From: Planctomycetota bacterium
GTDB lineage: Bacteria > Planctomycetota > PLA2 > JAEUHO01
Reading direction: 5' to 3'
NCBI GenBank assembly: GCA_965223505.1
Contig: CBDCWP010000013.1
Span: forward strand, 64,001 to 128,000
Length of the DNA stretch: 64,000 nucleotides
In this document: piece by piece, positions 1-8,876 of the stretch
Numbering within the stretch: position 1 is the first letter of the stretch
How the letters are laid out: every line of letters begins with the position of its first letter
The notes under the pieces: generated by a model
The model's input: the letters and a program-made list of their open reading frames with translations, nothing else
The model's database searches: none
What the model was told of the DNA's origin: nothing
Translations under genes and position numbers: made by a program

Positions 1-1023
1 CTTGACCAGGGCCGAGAGCAGCGGCAGGAGGGCCACGGCGACGCGCGCCGCGCCGGCCCAGAGCGAGGGGGTCAGGTCGTTGTCCTTCAGGAAGGACTCG
101 CGGGTGGGCGCGTTCTCTTCGTCCTTGCCTTCCTCGACCGCTTCCCGGGCCAGGTCCTCGGCACGCAGCTGCAGAAGCAACGCCGCGGGGAGGTAGGCGA
201 GGACGAGCACGGAGGTGAAGCCCGCACCGATCACGAGGGTCATCGAGCCGCCCAGGTCCTCGAATGCCGAGGATGGGATCCCGGAATCGGGTGTCATGGC
301 GTGCGCAGGTGCGACGGCGAGCCCGAGCCGAATGATGAGCTGGCTGTAGGCGACGACCCCGAGCACGAGCGTGGCAGCGCCGAGATACAAGAACAGCCTC
401 AATCGGTGCTGCGCGGCGCGCAAGCCCGCGGCGTCGTCACGACGCGTCGGTGCGAGCGTCGAGCCCATGGCGAATCCGACGAAGATCAGCAGGGTCCACA
501 TCACCCACCAGATCACGTGCAGCTTCGTGCGGAACGAGTCGGGCTCCGCGAGAAGCCAATTCGCACCGGCATGTTCCGTGCCCTCGGCCTTCACCGCGAG
601 ATGGGTGAGCAAGCCGTCCGCCGACGCGAGCCAGGCACTGCCCGACTGCGGGAGGAAAAGCCAGGCGAACAGCCCGCAGATGAGCACGCCACGCGTGACA
701 GCGCCGAGAACGTAGCCTTTGCCGAGCCGCGGCCGGTTCTGGTGGATCGTCAGCAGCGCGACGAGCACGGCGATCAGACCGACGGTGATCATCGCGATGC
801 GCGCGGCGACGTGCCGGAGCCACGCCGAGTGCCGCGCCGCGGCGAGCGTCGTGCTGTCGCCCGGGACGAACTCTACGTCCTCGAACGCCGCGACGGCGCC
901 GGAGCCGCTCGACCAGATGAGGCCGGCAGTGATGAAGAACCCCAAGAGCCCGAGGTACACGGGCATGAAGTGGTAGCGCGGCGCCCACACGTCGCCGATC
1001 CCCGGTCGCACGTCCCGCACCAT
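1..1023 (-). CDS. Multi-pass membrane hypothetical protein, 3'-partial (runs off window start)
   Basis: Not in ORF track (no stop in window). Manual translation from ATG 1023 (GGAG RBS) gives MVRDVRPGIGDVWAPRYHFMPVYLGLLGFFITAGLIW...LAYLPAALLLQLRAE...LLPLLSALVK, open to base 1, with several hydrophobic helices. Confidence 0.8.
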   Translation of the reverse strand, partial: MVRDVRPGIGDVWAPRYHFMPVYLGLLGFFITAGLIWSSGSGAVAAFEDVEFVPGDSTTLAAARHSAWLRHVAARIAMITVGLIAVLVALLTIHQNRPRLGKGYVLGAVTRGVLICGLFAWLFLPQSGSAWLASADGLLTHLAVKAEGTEHAGANWLLAEPDSFRTKLHVIWWVMWTLLIFVGFAMGSTLAPTRRDDAAGLRAAQHRLRLFLYLGAATLVLGVVAYSQLIIRLGLAVAPAHAMTPDSGIPSSAFEDLGGSMTLVIGAGFTSVLVLAYLPAALLLQLRAEDLAREAVEEGKDEENAPTRESFLKDNDLTPSLWAGAARVAVALLPLLSALVK

Positions 1024-1048
1024 CAGCTCCCCCCGACAACCGGGGCGT

Positions 1049-1078
1049 ACGCTACGGCGACGTCGCCGTACGGGTCAA
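1049..1078 (-). promoter_or_regulatory. Putative sigma70-type promoter with a perfect 18-bp palindrome in the spacer
   Basis: Minus strand TTGACC (1078-1073), 18 nt, TAGCGT (1054-1049); palindrome TACGGCGACGTCGCCGTA at 1053-1070. Confidence 0.4.
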
Positions 1079-1097
1079 GCGGGCGAGGCCTGCCGAG

Positions 1098-2030
1098 CTA
1101 GCGGACCGTGACGGGAATGATGCCCGTGGTACGGACCTTGACCAGCTCGATCTCGGGCAGCTGAATGCGTACGGGCGCGCCGCCGATGTTGCTGGCCAGC
1201 GAGGTCTCGAAGACCTGGATCGGCCGCTTGAGCTTGCTCATCGTGGCCCGGATCTCGCCCATCACCGTGCCGGTGCCGGCGGTCCCGGCGCCACCCAGGG
1301 TGGCGGCCTTCTTGCGCAGGTCGTTCACCATCTCGAGGTACTGACCGACCTTGCCGACCAGCTCGCGCAGGTAGTCCGAGTCGTGCTTCTCGGCCAGCCG
1401 CTCGAGCTGGCCCTTGCCGCGCGCGCTCACGGCCGGGTCGGGACTGAGCATGAGACGCACGGCCTTGTTCACGGCTTCGTTGACGGCCTTCTTCGCGGCG
1501 GCCTCTTCGGCGGCGGCGGCCTTGGCGCGCTCGGCCTCGGCGAGGTTCTTCCACTCCTGCGCGGTGTACCAGCGGTCGCCGTGGCGCTCGAGCCCCTGCC
1601 TGCGCTTGGCCTCGTCGGGGGTGCACCACTCGCCCTTGTGGCGGATGTGTCCGAGCATGGCGTGCGCCTTGGCGTTCTCGGGATCGATCTCGAGGATGGC
1701 GTGCGCGAGCTCGTCCGCCTCCTCGGCGCGGCCGATGTCCTTAAGCCACTTGGCGAGCAGCAGGCGGTTCGCGGTGTCCTCGTCGTCGAGCTTGGCGAGG
1801 TGGTCCTTCACCTGCTTGTCGATGGAGGTGCCCTTCTGCCACGTCTTCACGTCGGCGATCGGGATCTCCTTCGGGCCGAAACGGCTCATGACGACGTAGT
1901 TGTCGCCGTCCTTGATGACGACGCCTTCGACGATCTTGCCGTCTTTCAGCTCGAGCGTGTCGGCCCAGGCAGGGGCGGCGAGACAGAGCGCCAACAGGCA
2001 GCTCAACGAGAGAGTGATCCGACGCATCAT
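1098..2030 (-). CDS. Secreted hypothetical protein with TPR-like helices
   Basis: Signal peptide MMRRITLSLSCLLALCLAAPAWA|DTLELKDGKIVEG; TPR-like ILEIDPENAKAHAMLG; strong GC3 bias; GGAG upstream of ATG 2030. Confidence 0.8.
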   Translation of the reverse strand: MMRRITLSLSCLLALCLAAPAWADTLELKDGKIVEGVVIKDGDNYVVMSRFGPKEIPIADVKTWQKGTSIDKQVKDHLAKLDDEDTANRLLLAKWLKDIGRAEEADELAHAILEIDPENAKAHAMLGHIRHKGEWCTPDEAKRRQGLERHGDRWYTAQEWKNLAEAERAKAAAAEEAAAKKAVNEAVNKAVRLMLSPDPAVSARGKGQLERLAEKHDSDYLRELVGKVGQYLEMVNDLRKKAATLGGAGTAGTGTVMGEIRATMSKLKRPIQVFETSLASNIGGAPVRIQLPEIELVKVRTTGIIPVTVR

Positions 2031-2216
2031 TCGGCTCCAAACGGCACCGTGGCCAGCCATGGTACGCGCCCCACGCCGCCGGACGGCGCGGGCGTCCCTC
2101 TTCCAAACGCGCGCCGGGCGCGTTCGCCGCGGGAAACGCGGGGCGCGGCCTCGATCCGGCCTTTGGGCTCTATGCCCGTCGAGGACCGGGTTGGGTCGGG
2201 CCGGGCGCAGCCCCAT

Positions 2217-2609
2217 TTACTGGGGCAGAAGGAACCAGCGGCCGTCCACGCGCTCGAACCGGTAGTGGGTCTCGGATCCCCAGGCCTCGCGCCAGTAGAC
2301 GCCCACCTCGCCCTGGTCGCCCATGGTCACGACGGAGGTGACCATGAACCGAGCGCCGCGCAGCCGCTCGACCTGCGCTTGAACGGCCGAGCGCACGAGC
2401 AGCCGCTCCTCCTCGGAGTCGGGGCCGGCGCGCAGGAACGCCATCACCCGGTCCGCGTCGCCGGAGGTCAGCGCCTCGCAGAAACGCGTTGCGCGCGCGT
2501 AGAGCGTCGACTCGGGATCGACCTGGGAGTAGCCGAGGCTCGTGAAGACGAGCACCAGCATCACCGCGAGCGCCGCGCCGGGCAGGATGGTGGTGACGTG
2601 CTCGCGCAT
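2217..2609 (-). CDS. Small exported/membrane-anchored hypothetical protein (possibly NTF2-like)
   Basis: N-terminal hydrophobic helix, C-terminal FERVDGRWFL pattern. Confidence 0.65.
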   Translation of the reverse strand: MREHVTTILPGAALAVMLVLVFTSLGYSQVDPESTLYARATRFCEALTSGDADRVMAFLRAGPDSEEERLLVRSAVQAQVERLRGARFMVTSVVTMGDQGEVGVYWREAWGSETHYRFERVDGRWFLLPQ

Positions 2610-2704
2610 GCGCGGTCCGATTGTGCGACCCGACCGCCCCACGCGCCCAGGCAATCTCCTACGATAGCGGGTTCACTGCTGTTTCGGGCGGGAAGGAGCT
2701 CCTC

Positions 2705-3748
2705 ATGCGTGCATTCGGTTGGCTTTGTTTGGTGACGGTGATCGGGATCGGATGCGTCGCGAACGACGCGCACGCCGACGAGGGTCGGAGTGCGGAGGAG
2801 ATCCGCCGGGCGATCGCGGAGATCGAAGCGGAGATCGCGCGCATCGAGGCGACGGTCAAGTCGCTGCAGGCGCGCGCGGCGTTGCGACGCGGCATCGAGG
2901 ACGTCACGCGTCGCCGCATCGCGCTCGAACAGCGCGCCGGGAAACGAATCGGCGTGGGCACGCGCGAGCTGGATCCGTTCGGCCGGCGCGTCGAGGCGCG
3001 CAAGCGGATGGAGCGACAAGCGGAACCGCGCCTCCTGGCCGTGGGCGAGGCGACCTACGTCGCCAAGGGCGGCGGCGGGGACGCGAAGGCGTCCAAAGCC
3101 GCGAAGAAGAAGAAGGAGTCCCTCGAAGCCCGCGTGGCGCGCCTCGAGGCGGAGAACAAGAAGCTGCACGCGATGATCAAGTCGCTGATGCAAGACAAGG
3201 CGCACTCCGTTGTTCCCCAACCGCCGAAACCCGCCGCCGCCGCGTATCCCATCGTCACTCGCAAGCTCGCTCCGGTCGCAGCGAAGAACGCCTACACGAC
3301 CAGCGTGAAGGCCAAGAAGGGCGGCGGGATCGAGGCGCGTCTCGACCGCATCGAGAAGCTCTTGATGAAGCTGCTGCAAGGCAACAAGGCGAACGCAGGG
3401 TTCGCGCGCGCGCCCGTCGCACCCGGCGCGCCCGTGCCGCCACGCCGTGTGAAGATGAAGGCGCCGCCGGTGCGCGTCGGCACGAAGGTGTTCGAAGTCG
3501 TCGACGGGCAACCCGGTCGAACGGTGACGTACGGCGTGAAGCGAGCCCCGGTCAAGGTGGGGTTCCGGACCGAGAGCGTCGACGTCGAGAAGCGCCGAGG
3601 CCCGTCGCACTCCGTCGAGTACGGCTACAAACCCAAGGCCGCGAAGAAGCGCATGGACGACGTGAACGCCCAGATCCGCATGCTCGAGAAGCTGCTCGAG
3701 CAGGCCGAGGAGCGCATGCGGGCGCTCGAGCGGTCGCTCGGCAAGTAG
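2705..3748 (+). CDS. Secreted Lys/Ala/Pro-rich coiled-coil hypothetical protein
   Basis: AAGGAG RBS, signal peptide MRAFGWLCLVTVIGIGCVANDAHA, repeated heptads (SLEARVARLE, GIEARLDRIE, QIRMLEKLLE). Confidence 0.75.
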   Translation: MRAFGWLCLVTVIGIGCVANDAHADEGRSAEEIRRAIAEIEAEIARIEATVKSLQARAALRRGIEDVTRRRIALEQRAGKRIGVGTRELDPFGRRVEARKRMERQAEPRLLAVGEATYVAKGGGGDAKASKAAKKKKESLEARVARLEAENKKLHAMIKSLMQDKAHSVVPQPPKPAAAAYPIVTRKLAPVAAKNAYTTSVKAKKGGGIEARLDRIEKLLMKLLQGNKANAGFARAPVAPGAPVPPRRVKMKAPPVRVGTKVFEVVDGQPGRTVTYGVKRAPVKVGFRTESVDVEKRRGPSHSVEYGYKPKAAKKRMDDVNAQIRMLEKLLEQAEERMRALERSLGK

Positions 3749-3776
3749 CGACCAGGTCGAAGCCGCAGCCCGGCGT

Positions 3777-3809
3777 CTGTAAAGACCGCGTAATGAGCGC
3801 GTGAAGACC
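3777..3809 (+). promoter_or_regulatory. Three 11-bp-period direct repeats (Pho-box-like) upstream of the response regulator
   Basis: CTGTAAAGACC / GCGTAATGAGC / GCGTGAAGACC with GT(A/G)A cores at 3779, 3790, 3801. Confidence 0.5.
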
Positions 3810-3885
3810 CGGAGATTGGCACCGGGCCAGGCATCGTTCAGTCGGCGCACGAGACCTATTCTCGGCGTGCTGCTGAGGACCCCGG

Positions 3886-4584
3886 ATGTCGAACGAACGT
3901 ATTCTCGTCGTCGAAGATGAAGCGGATCTGAGGGAGGTACTCTCCTACAACCTTCGCCGCGAGGGGTTTCGCGTCTTCCTCGCCGGTACGGGGCGCGACG
4001 CGCTGGAGAGTGCGCGGGCCAGGAAACCCGACATGATCCTGCTGGACCTCATGTTGCCCGACGTCGACGGACTGGAGGTCTGCCGCCTGGTTCGTCAGGA
4101 TCCGGGGATTGCCGGAACGCCCATCATCATGTTGACGGCGAAGAGTGAAGAGACCGACGTGATCATTGGTCTTGGCGTCGGCGCGGATGACTACATCCCG
4201 AAGCCGTTCAGCGTCAAGGAACTCGTCGCACGCGTGAAGGCCGTCATGCGCCGCGGTGGACACGAGCAGCCGGAGGCCGACCGCCGCGCCGTCCGCCACG
4301 GTCCGTTGGAGATCGATCCCGCGCGTCATGAGGTTCGCGTCGACGGTACGTACGTACAGTTCACGGCGACGGAGTTCCGCCTGTTGCTGTTCCTCGTGTC
4401 ACGGCCCGGCCGTGTCTACGAACGAGACACTCTGTTGCGACGCGTTCTCGGCGACGATGCGATCCGAATCGAACGGAACATCGACGTGCACATCCGTTCC
4501 ATTCGGAAGAAGCTCGGAGTGCATCGCAACATCGTCGAGACCGTGCGCGGCGTCGGATACAAGTGCCGCGAACACCGGGAGTGA
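3886..4584 (+). CDS. OmpR/PhoB-family response regulator (PhoB/PhoP-like)
   Basis: VVEDE, LLDLMLPDVDG, MLTAK, GADDYIPKPF receiver motifs; winged helix RNIDVHIRSIRKKLG...ETVRGVGY. Confidence 0.95.
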   Translation: MSNERILVVEDEADLREVLSYNLRREGFRVFLAGTGRDALESARARKPDMILLDLMLPDVDGLEVCRLVRQDPGIAGTPIIMLTAKSEETDVIIGLGVGADDYIPKPFSVKELVARVKAVMRRGGHEQPEADRRAVRHGPLEIDPARHEVRVDGTYVQFTATEFRLLLFLVSRPGRVYERDTLLRRVLGDDAIRIERNIDVHIRSIRKKLGVHRNIVETVRGVGYKCREHRE

Positions 4585-4590
4585 CAGCTG

Positions 4591-4770
4591 ATGTTCCGCG
4601 CGAGCCTGTTCTGGAAGACCTTCGGCTCGTTCCTGATCCTCGTCGTCCTGACGTCGCTCGTCGGCGGATTCGTGGCGGACTGGAACGTTCGGAACGAAGT
4701 GGAACGGGAAAGCCAGGTCACGCTCCGGAACCAACTGGAGTTGATCTACGAGCTGTTTGCCGATGCGCTG
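4591..4770 (+). CDS. N-terminus of sensor histidine kinase (PhoR-like), truncated at sequence junction
   Basis: Follows the regulator by 6 nt; MFRASLFWKTFGSFLILVVLTSLVGGFV first TM helix; sequence character changes after ~4770 and no kinase domain follows. Confidence 0.7.
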
Positions 4771-4845
4771 CCACGATTCGCCGTTATCGGCGCTGCGCAT
4801 CACCCCCTGTCCAATGGTGCCGGCGAGCATGACCATCTTGTCCAT
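4756..4845 (-). CDS. N-terminus of BNR/Asp-box beta-propeller protein, truncated at sequence junction
   Basis: GGAGG RBS then MDKMVMLAGTIGQGVMRSADNGESWQRIG containing Asp-box S-x-D-x-G-x-S-W. Confidence 0.7.
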
Positions 4846-4982
4846 CGGATTGCCTCCTACGCTGGTGGGGGCGGGCGCTCTTGTATCGCCGTCCCCACGC
4901 CGTGTTTCACACGTTGGACCCAACCAACACGAGCGCAGTATGGCCCACTCGCCACGGAAAGTACAGCGTGGAAAATCACGCT

Positions 4983-5012
4983 TTGACACGCCCGCGCCAC
5001 TTGTGCTAGAAC
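4983..5012 (+). promoter_or_regulatory. Putative sigma70 promoter of the SBP gene
   Basis: TTGACA (4983-4988), 18 nt, TGnTAGAAC extended -10. Confidence 0.4.
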
Positions 5013-5197
5013 ACACGAGACCAAAAAATCGCCGCCTCATCCGGCTGCTGACGCTTCGCACCGCGACTGCTGACACGCCCCCTCGCTCGCTGACGCTCAC
5101 TTCAAGCGCTTATACCCAATTATTGACGCCTTTTGGCCAGATGAGATGCGTCTGTTTGCGTCCGTTGTCTTCATCCAACTGCAAAAGGAGAGGTAAC

Positions 5198-6790
5198 ATG
5201 AGTGGACGTCGTTGGGGTGTGATGCTGAGTGTGGCCGGGATAGTTTTGCTGCTAAGCGTGGCGATTGCCGGGGCTCAGGACGAGCCCGTTCGGGGCGGCA
5301 CGTTGTTATGGTTTGACTACGCCGATCCCGCGCGCTTGGACATGCACACCGAATCGGGCTTGGCGGTGTCTCAGGCCATTGCCGGCCTGTACAGCGGCAT
5401 CGTGCAATGGGGGCCGGAGGAGCCGTTAAAAGTCGGCCCGGATCTGGCCGAGCGCTGGGAGCTGTCCGAGGATAAGCAAACTTACACGTTTCACCTGCGC
5501 CAGGGGGTGAAATGGCACGACGGCGAGCCCTTTACCAGCGCCGACGCGCTGCACAGCTTAAAGCGCATTCTCGACCCGGAAAAGCGCAGTCCGCGCTGCG
5601 GCGCGCTGCTGCGGCCCATGGTCGATGCGGTGGAGGCGCCCGACGAGTTCACCGTTAGCGTGCGCCTGAAATTTCAGACCCCGATCTTTTTATCCGCCCT
5701 GGCGTCGGCTTGGTGCAAAATCCTGCCCAAACATATCCTGGAGCGCGACGGCGACATGACGCGGGTGGAGAGCCAGATTGGCACTGGGCCCTTCAAGCTC
5801 AAAAAGTACGTGCGCGGCAACCTCATTGAATGGGAACGCAACCCGGATTATTTCATCAAAGGTTGGCCGTATCTGGACGGCGTCAAACAATATATTATCA
5901 ACTCGCGGCCCACACAGGTCGCGGCGCTGAAATCCGGCCGCATCGATCTCTTTCGCTTTCCGCTCAAACGCCCGCAGATTGAAGAGATCCTCAAGGCGCG
6001 CAAGGATCTGAACTATACGGAGATCCCGGTCGGCGCGATTCACCAGTTGCACATGAACACGAAAGTCGAGCCGTTTGACAACCCCGATATCCGCCGCGCC
6101 GTGCACCTGGCCATCGATCGGCACGTGATCGTCGAAAAAGGCATGGACGGGCTGGGGGTTCCGTGCGCCATTTTAGACCCGGATCTCTTTGGCGATTACG
6201 CCTTGCCGATGGAAGAAGTGCTGCAGATGCCGGGGTGCCGGCGAGACAAAGATGAAGACGTTGCCGAGGCGAAGCGCCTGGTGGCCAAGCACTATCCGGA
6301 GGGGATCGATATCGAGCTGTCGGTGCGATCGCTGCCCACGTATCTCGATCATGCGCCGTTGGTGATGCCGATGCTGAAAAAGATCGGCATCCGGGCCAAA
6401 CTCAAAACTTGGGAGAGCGCCGCGGGGTTCGCGGCCTGGGCGCGAGGGGATTTCACAGTCATTGGCTCACAGGCGACGGCGATGACCTTTATGGATCCGA
6501 GCGCGCCGTTCAACCTGATCTTCACCACCGAGAGCCCGCGCAATTACGGTCGGCTGCCCCTGCCGGAACTCGATGAGCTCTATGAGAAGAGTCTGCGCGA
6601 ACTCGATGAGAAAAAGCGCATTGAAATCTTCCACGACTATCAACGGCGCGTGCTGCTCGGCGCCGCGCCGGCGGTGACCTACGGTTGGGAACGCTCTCCG
6701 CAGTTCGTCGCCAAAAAGATCAAGGGCTGGTCGCGCGGTCCCACGGTCTACGACAACACCAGCTTCACCAACGTCTGGATTGAGAAGTAG
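5198..6790 (+). CDS. ABC transporter substrate-binding protein, family 5 (DppA/OppA-like)
   Basis: AGGAGAGG RBS; signal peptide; PDLAERWELSED..YTFHLRQGVKWHDGEPFTSAD, IGTGPF, DIRRAVHLAIDR. Confidence 0.93.
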   Translation: MSGRRWGVMLSVAGIVLLLSVAIAGAQDEPVRGGTLLWFDYADPARLDMHTESGLAVSQAIAGLYSGIVQWGPEEPLKVGPDLAERWELSEDKQTYTFHLRQGVKWHDGEPFTSADALHSLKRILDPEKRSPRCGALLRPMVDAVEAPDEFTVSVRLKFQTPIFLSALASAWCKILPKHILERDGDMTRVESQIGTGPFKLKKYVRGNLIEWERNPDYFIKGWPYLDGVKQYIINSRPTQVAALKSGRIDLFRFPLKRPQIEEILKARKDLNYTEIPVGAIHQLHMNTKVEPFDNPDIRRAVHLAIDRHVIVEKGMDGLGVPCAILDPDLFGDYALPMEEVLQMPGCRRDKDEDVAEAKRLVAKHYPEGIDIELSVRSLPTYLDHAPLVMPMLKKIGIRAKLKTWESAAGFAAWARGDFTVIGSQATAMTFMDPSAPFNLIFTTESPRNYGRLPLPELDELYEKSLRELDEKKRIEIFHDYQRRVLLGAAPAVTYGWERSPQFVAKKIKGWSRGPTVYDNTSFTNVWIEK

Positions 6791-6807
6791 CGGCCCGGCG
6801 CCAGCGC

Positions 6808-7170
6808 TTATCGAGGCGGGTTGGGCGCCCAACCTGTGGCGACGGGGCGTTGCCGTTCGCCCGAGGCGCTGACAAAACGGTATAGTCGGAAATTGAGGCG
6901 GCAAGAGCCGACGCGGATGTCATCGCCATCGACCAACTTGACAGGCTTGTTAGGCGTCAACTCTTCCTCCCGCACAAAGGTGCCATTGGAGGAGCCGAGA
7001 TCTTCGAGCATAAAGTCGTCGCCGCGCCGCGTAATGCGGGCGTGGCGGCGGCTCACTCGGGTATCGTCAATGGTGATGTCGCTTTCCTCGGTGCGCCCAA
7101 TGCTGGCGTCGTCACCCAGGTGAAACAGCCTTTCGGAGCCACTTTCGTTGTATAGTGCGAGAAATGCCAT
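6808..7170 (-). CDS. Stand-alone FHA domain protein
   Basis: IGR, VSRRHA, DLGSSNGTFV, GDDIRVG FHA motifs. Confidence 0.9.
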   Translation of the reverse strand: MAFLALYNESGSERLFHLGDDASIGRTEESDITIDDTRVSRRHARITRRGDDFMLEDLGSSNGTFVREEELTPNKPVKLVDGDDIRVGSCRLNFRLYRFVSASGERQRPVATGWAPNPPR

Positions 7171-7504
7171 GTTTGACCTGCTTCAATAAAATTCAGTTAT
7201 GGACTCGAAGTCACTCTTCCGCGTGTTAGAGGATAGCCGTCAATCGTCGAAGCATGCGAGAGGAAACGCTTTGGAGCCGCCACGGTCGATGCCTGTCATA
7301 CCTCGTGTTCGCATATCGCGCTGCATGTCTGGTTGGCTACGAGGGGGAGTAAAAGGGCATGGCCTTGCTGTATGGCGGCGGCTGGTCGAACAGCGCTAAA
7401 TAAAGCCTGCTCACATCCCAGCGAATCCTCGATTCACCTTCGATTATCCTACCTATCTGCTCGGCTTTCTTTTAGTGATCCGTGAGTTATTTAACGAAAA
7501 AACA

Positions 7505-7543
7505 AGGGGGAGCCAGAAGAGGGGGGAAGCGCTCCCCCCCTGG
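7505..7543. repeat. G-tract plus GC-rich hairpin (terminator- or REP-like)
   Basis: GGGGG-AGCCAGAAGA-GGGGGGA AGCGC TCCCCCC; lies just downstream of the minus-strand operon. Confidence 0.4.
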
Positions 7544-7554
7544 GTCTTGCGGGT

Positions 7555-7605
7555 TTAGTGAAAATACGGGATGACGTGACGCCCGAACAGCTTGATCGAG
7601 TCCAT
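7555..7605 (-). pseudogene. C-terminal remnant of an LLM-class flavin oxidoreductase
   Basis: MDSIKLFGRHVIPYFH* matches the typical LLM C-terminus (SI.LFG..VIP.F); only 28 nt separate it from the upstream gene stop. Confidence 0.6.
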
Positions 7606-7633
7606 ATCGAACCATGAGCGCCTTGGGATCAGC

Positions 7634-8866
7634 TTAGCGATTGGCGCGTTCGAGCAAGCACGACGCCAGCACCTGGGCGCCGGCCGCGAGGTCGGACGGC
7701 CGCGCGTTTTCGACCTCGTTGTGGCTGATGCCTTTTTCGCACGGCACAAAAATCATGCCGGTGGGGCAGACGCTGGCCAGGTGCATGGCGTCGTGACCAG
7801 CGCCGGAGAAGATGTCCATGTGCGGCAGCCCCAGTTGGGCGGCGTGTTGACGCAGGGCGTCAGCCATCTCCGCGCCGAAGTGCACTGGGGAAACCCGGCT
7901 GATGCGGGTGACCACGACCTGGCAGCCGCGCGCGTGAGCCTGGCAAGTGGGCTCGATCTGCGTCGTCAAGTGGTCGATGGTCTCTTGCTCCGGATGGCGA
8001 AAGTCAATGGTGAAAAACACCCGGCCGGGCACCGTGTTGGGCGAACCGGGGAAAACCTCAAAGCGGCCGACCGTGAAGCGCACGGTGTCGGTGTCATCCG
8101 CCATCACGGCTTCCAGAGCCCCGACGATTTCAGCGGCGGCTTTGAGAGCGTCCTTGCGGGTTTTGAGCGGGGCCGTTCCGGCGTGCGCCTCTTCGCCGAT
8201 GACCTCTACGGTGTAGCGATGCGACCCCTGGATGCCGGTGACAATGCCCACCTGCAGGCCGGCGGCCTCTAGGCGCGGCCCTTGTTCAATGTGCGCTTCG
8301 ACATAGGCGTCGACGGCGAAGCCGAGCGGCCGGCGGGCGATGTCCGGGAGGGCGTCGAGACTGCTTTGTAGCGCGTCGCCAAACGCGATGCCCGCCGGAT
8401 CGGTATAGGCAGCGAGGTCGTCGATGCGCGCCTTGCCGGAGAAGACGAGCGAACCGGTGCAACCGGGCTGAAAGCGGCTGCCCTCTTCATTGACCCAGGC
8501 CACGACTTCGAGCGGCCGTTTGGTGGCCGCGCCGCTTTCGTGGATGGCCTGCAGGGCTTCAAAGCCAGCTAATACGCCATAGGCGCCATCGAATTTGCCC
8601 CCGGTGGGCTGGCTGTCGAGATGGCTGCCGGTGAGCACGGGAGGCGCAGTGGGGTCTGCCCCCTCGCGGCGCACAAAGAGATTGCCGATGTCGTCCATGC
8701 TCACCGCAAAACCCAATTCGCGCGCCCAGGACGCCAGCAGTTGGCGCGCCTTCACATCCTCGGGCGATAGGGCCTGGCGATTCACCCCACCCTTAAGTGT
8801 AGCGCCGATTTGAGCCATGGTCATGTGACGGTTCCAAAGCCGTTGTTCATCGATCGCTAGGGTCAT
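7634..8866 (-). CDS. M20 Zn-dependent amidohydrolase (N-carbamoylase / allantoate amidohydrolase / beta-ureidopropionase family)
   Basis: GSHLDSQPTGGKFDGAYG, NEEGSRF, EAHIEQG, GAGHDA, SHN motifs. Confidence 0.93.
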   Translation of the reverse strand: MTLAIDEQRLWNRHMTMAQIGATLKGGVNRQALSPEDVKARQLLASWARELGFAVSMDDIGNLFVRREGADPTAPPVLTGSHLDSQPTGGKFDGAYGVLAGFEALQAIHESGAATKRPLEVVAWVNEEGSRFQPGCTGSLVFSGKARIDDLAAYTDPAGIAFGDALQSSLDALPDIARRPLGFAVDAYVEAHIEQGPRLEAAGLQVGIVTGIQGSHRYTVEVIGEEAHAGTAPLKTRKDALKAAAEIVGALEAVMADDTDTVRFTVGRFEVFPGSPNTVPGRVFFTIDFRHPEQETIDHLTTQIEPTCQAHARGCQVVVTRISRVSPVHFGAEMADALRQHAAQLGLPHMDIFSGAGHDAMHLASVCPTGMIFVPCEKGISHNEVENARPSDLAAGAQVLASCLLERANR

Positions 8867-8876
8867 GTCGCGCTCC

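Noticed and set aside
301..3850. Long alternative ORFs (301-1101 +, 437-1039 -, 1383-2735 +, 2561-3850 -, 2719-3804 +)
   Set aside because: Shadow frames of high-GC genes; Arg/Ala/Gly-rich with no motifs, and the real genes are evident in other frames
4757..5197. 147-aa N-terminal extension of the SBP in the ORF track
   Set aside because: Strong RBS and signal peptide begin at 5198; the extension overlaps a promoter region and the opposite-strand gene start
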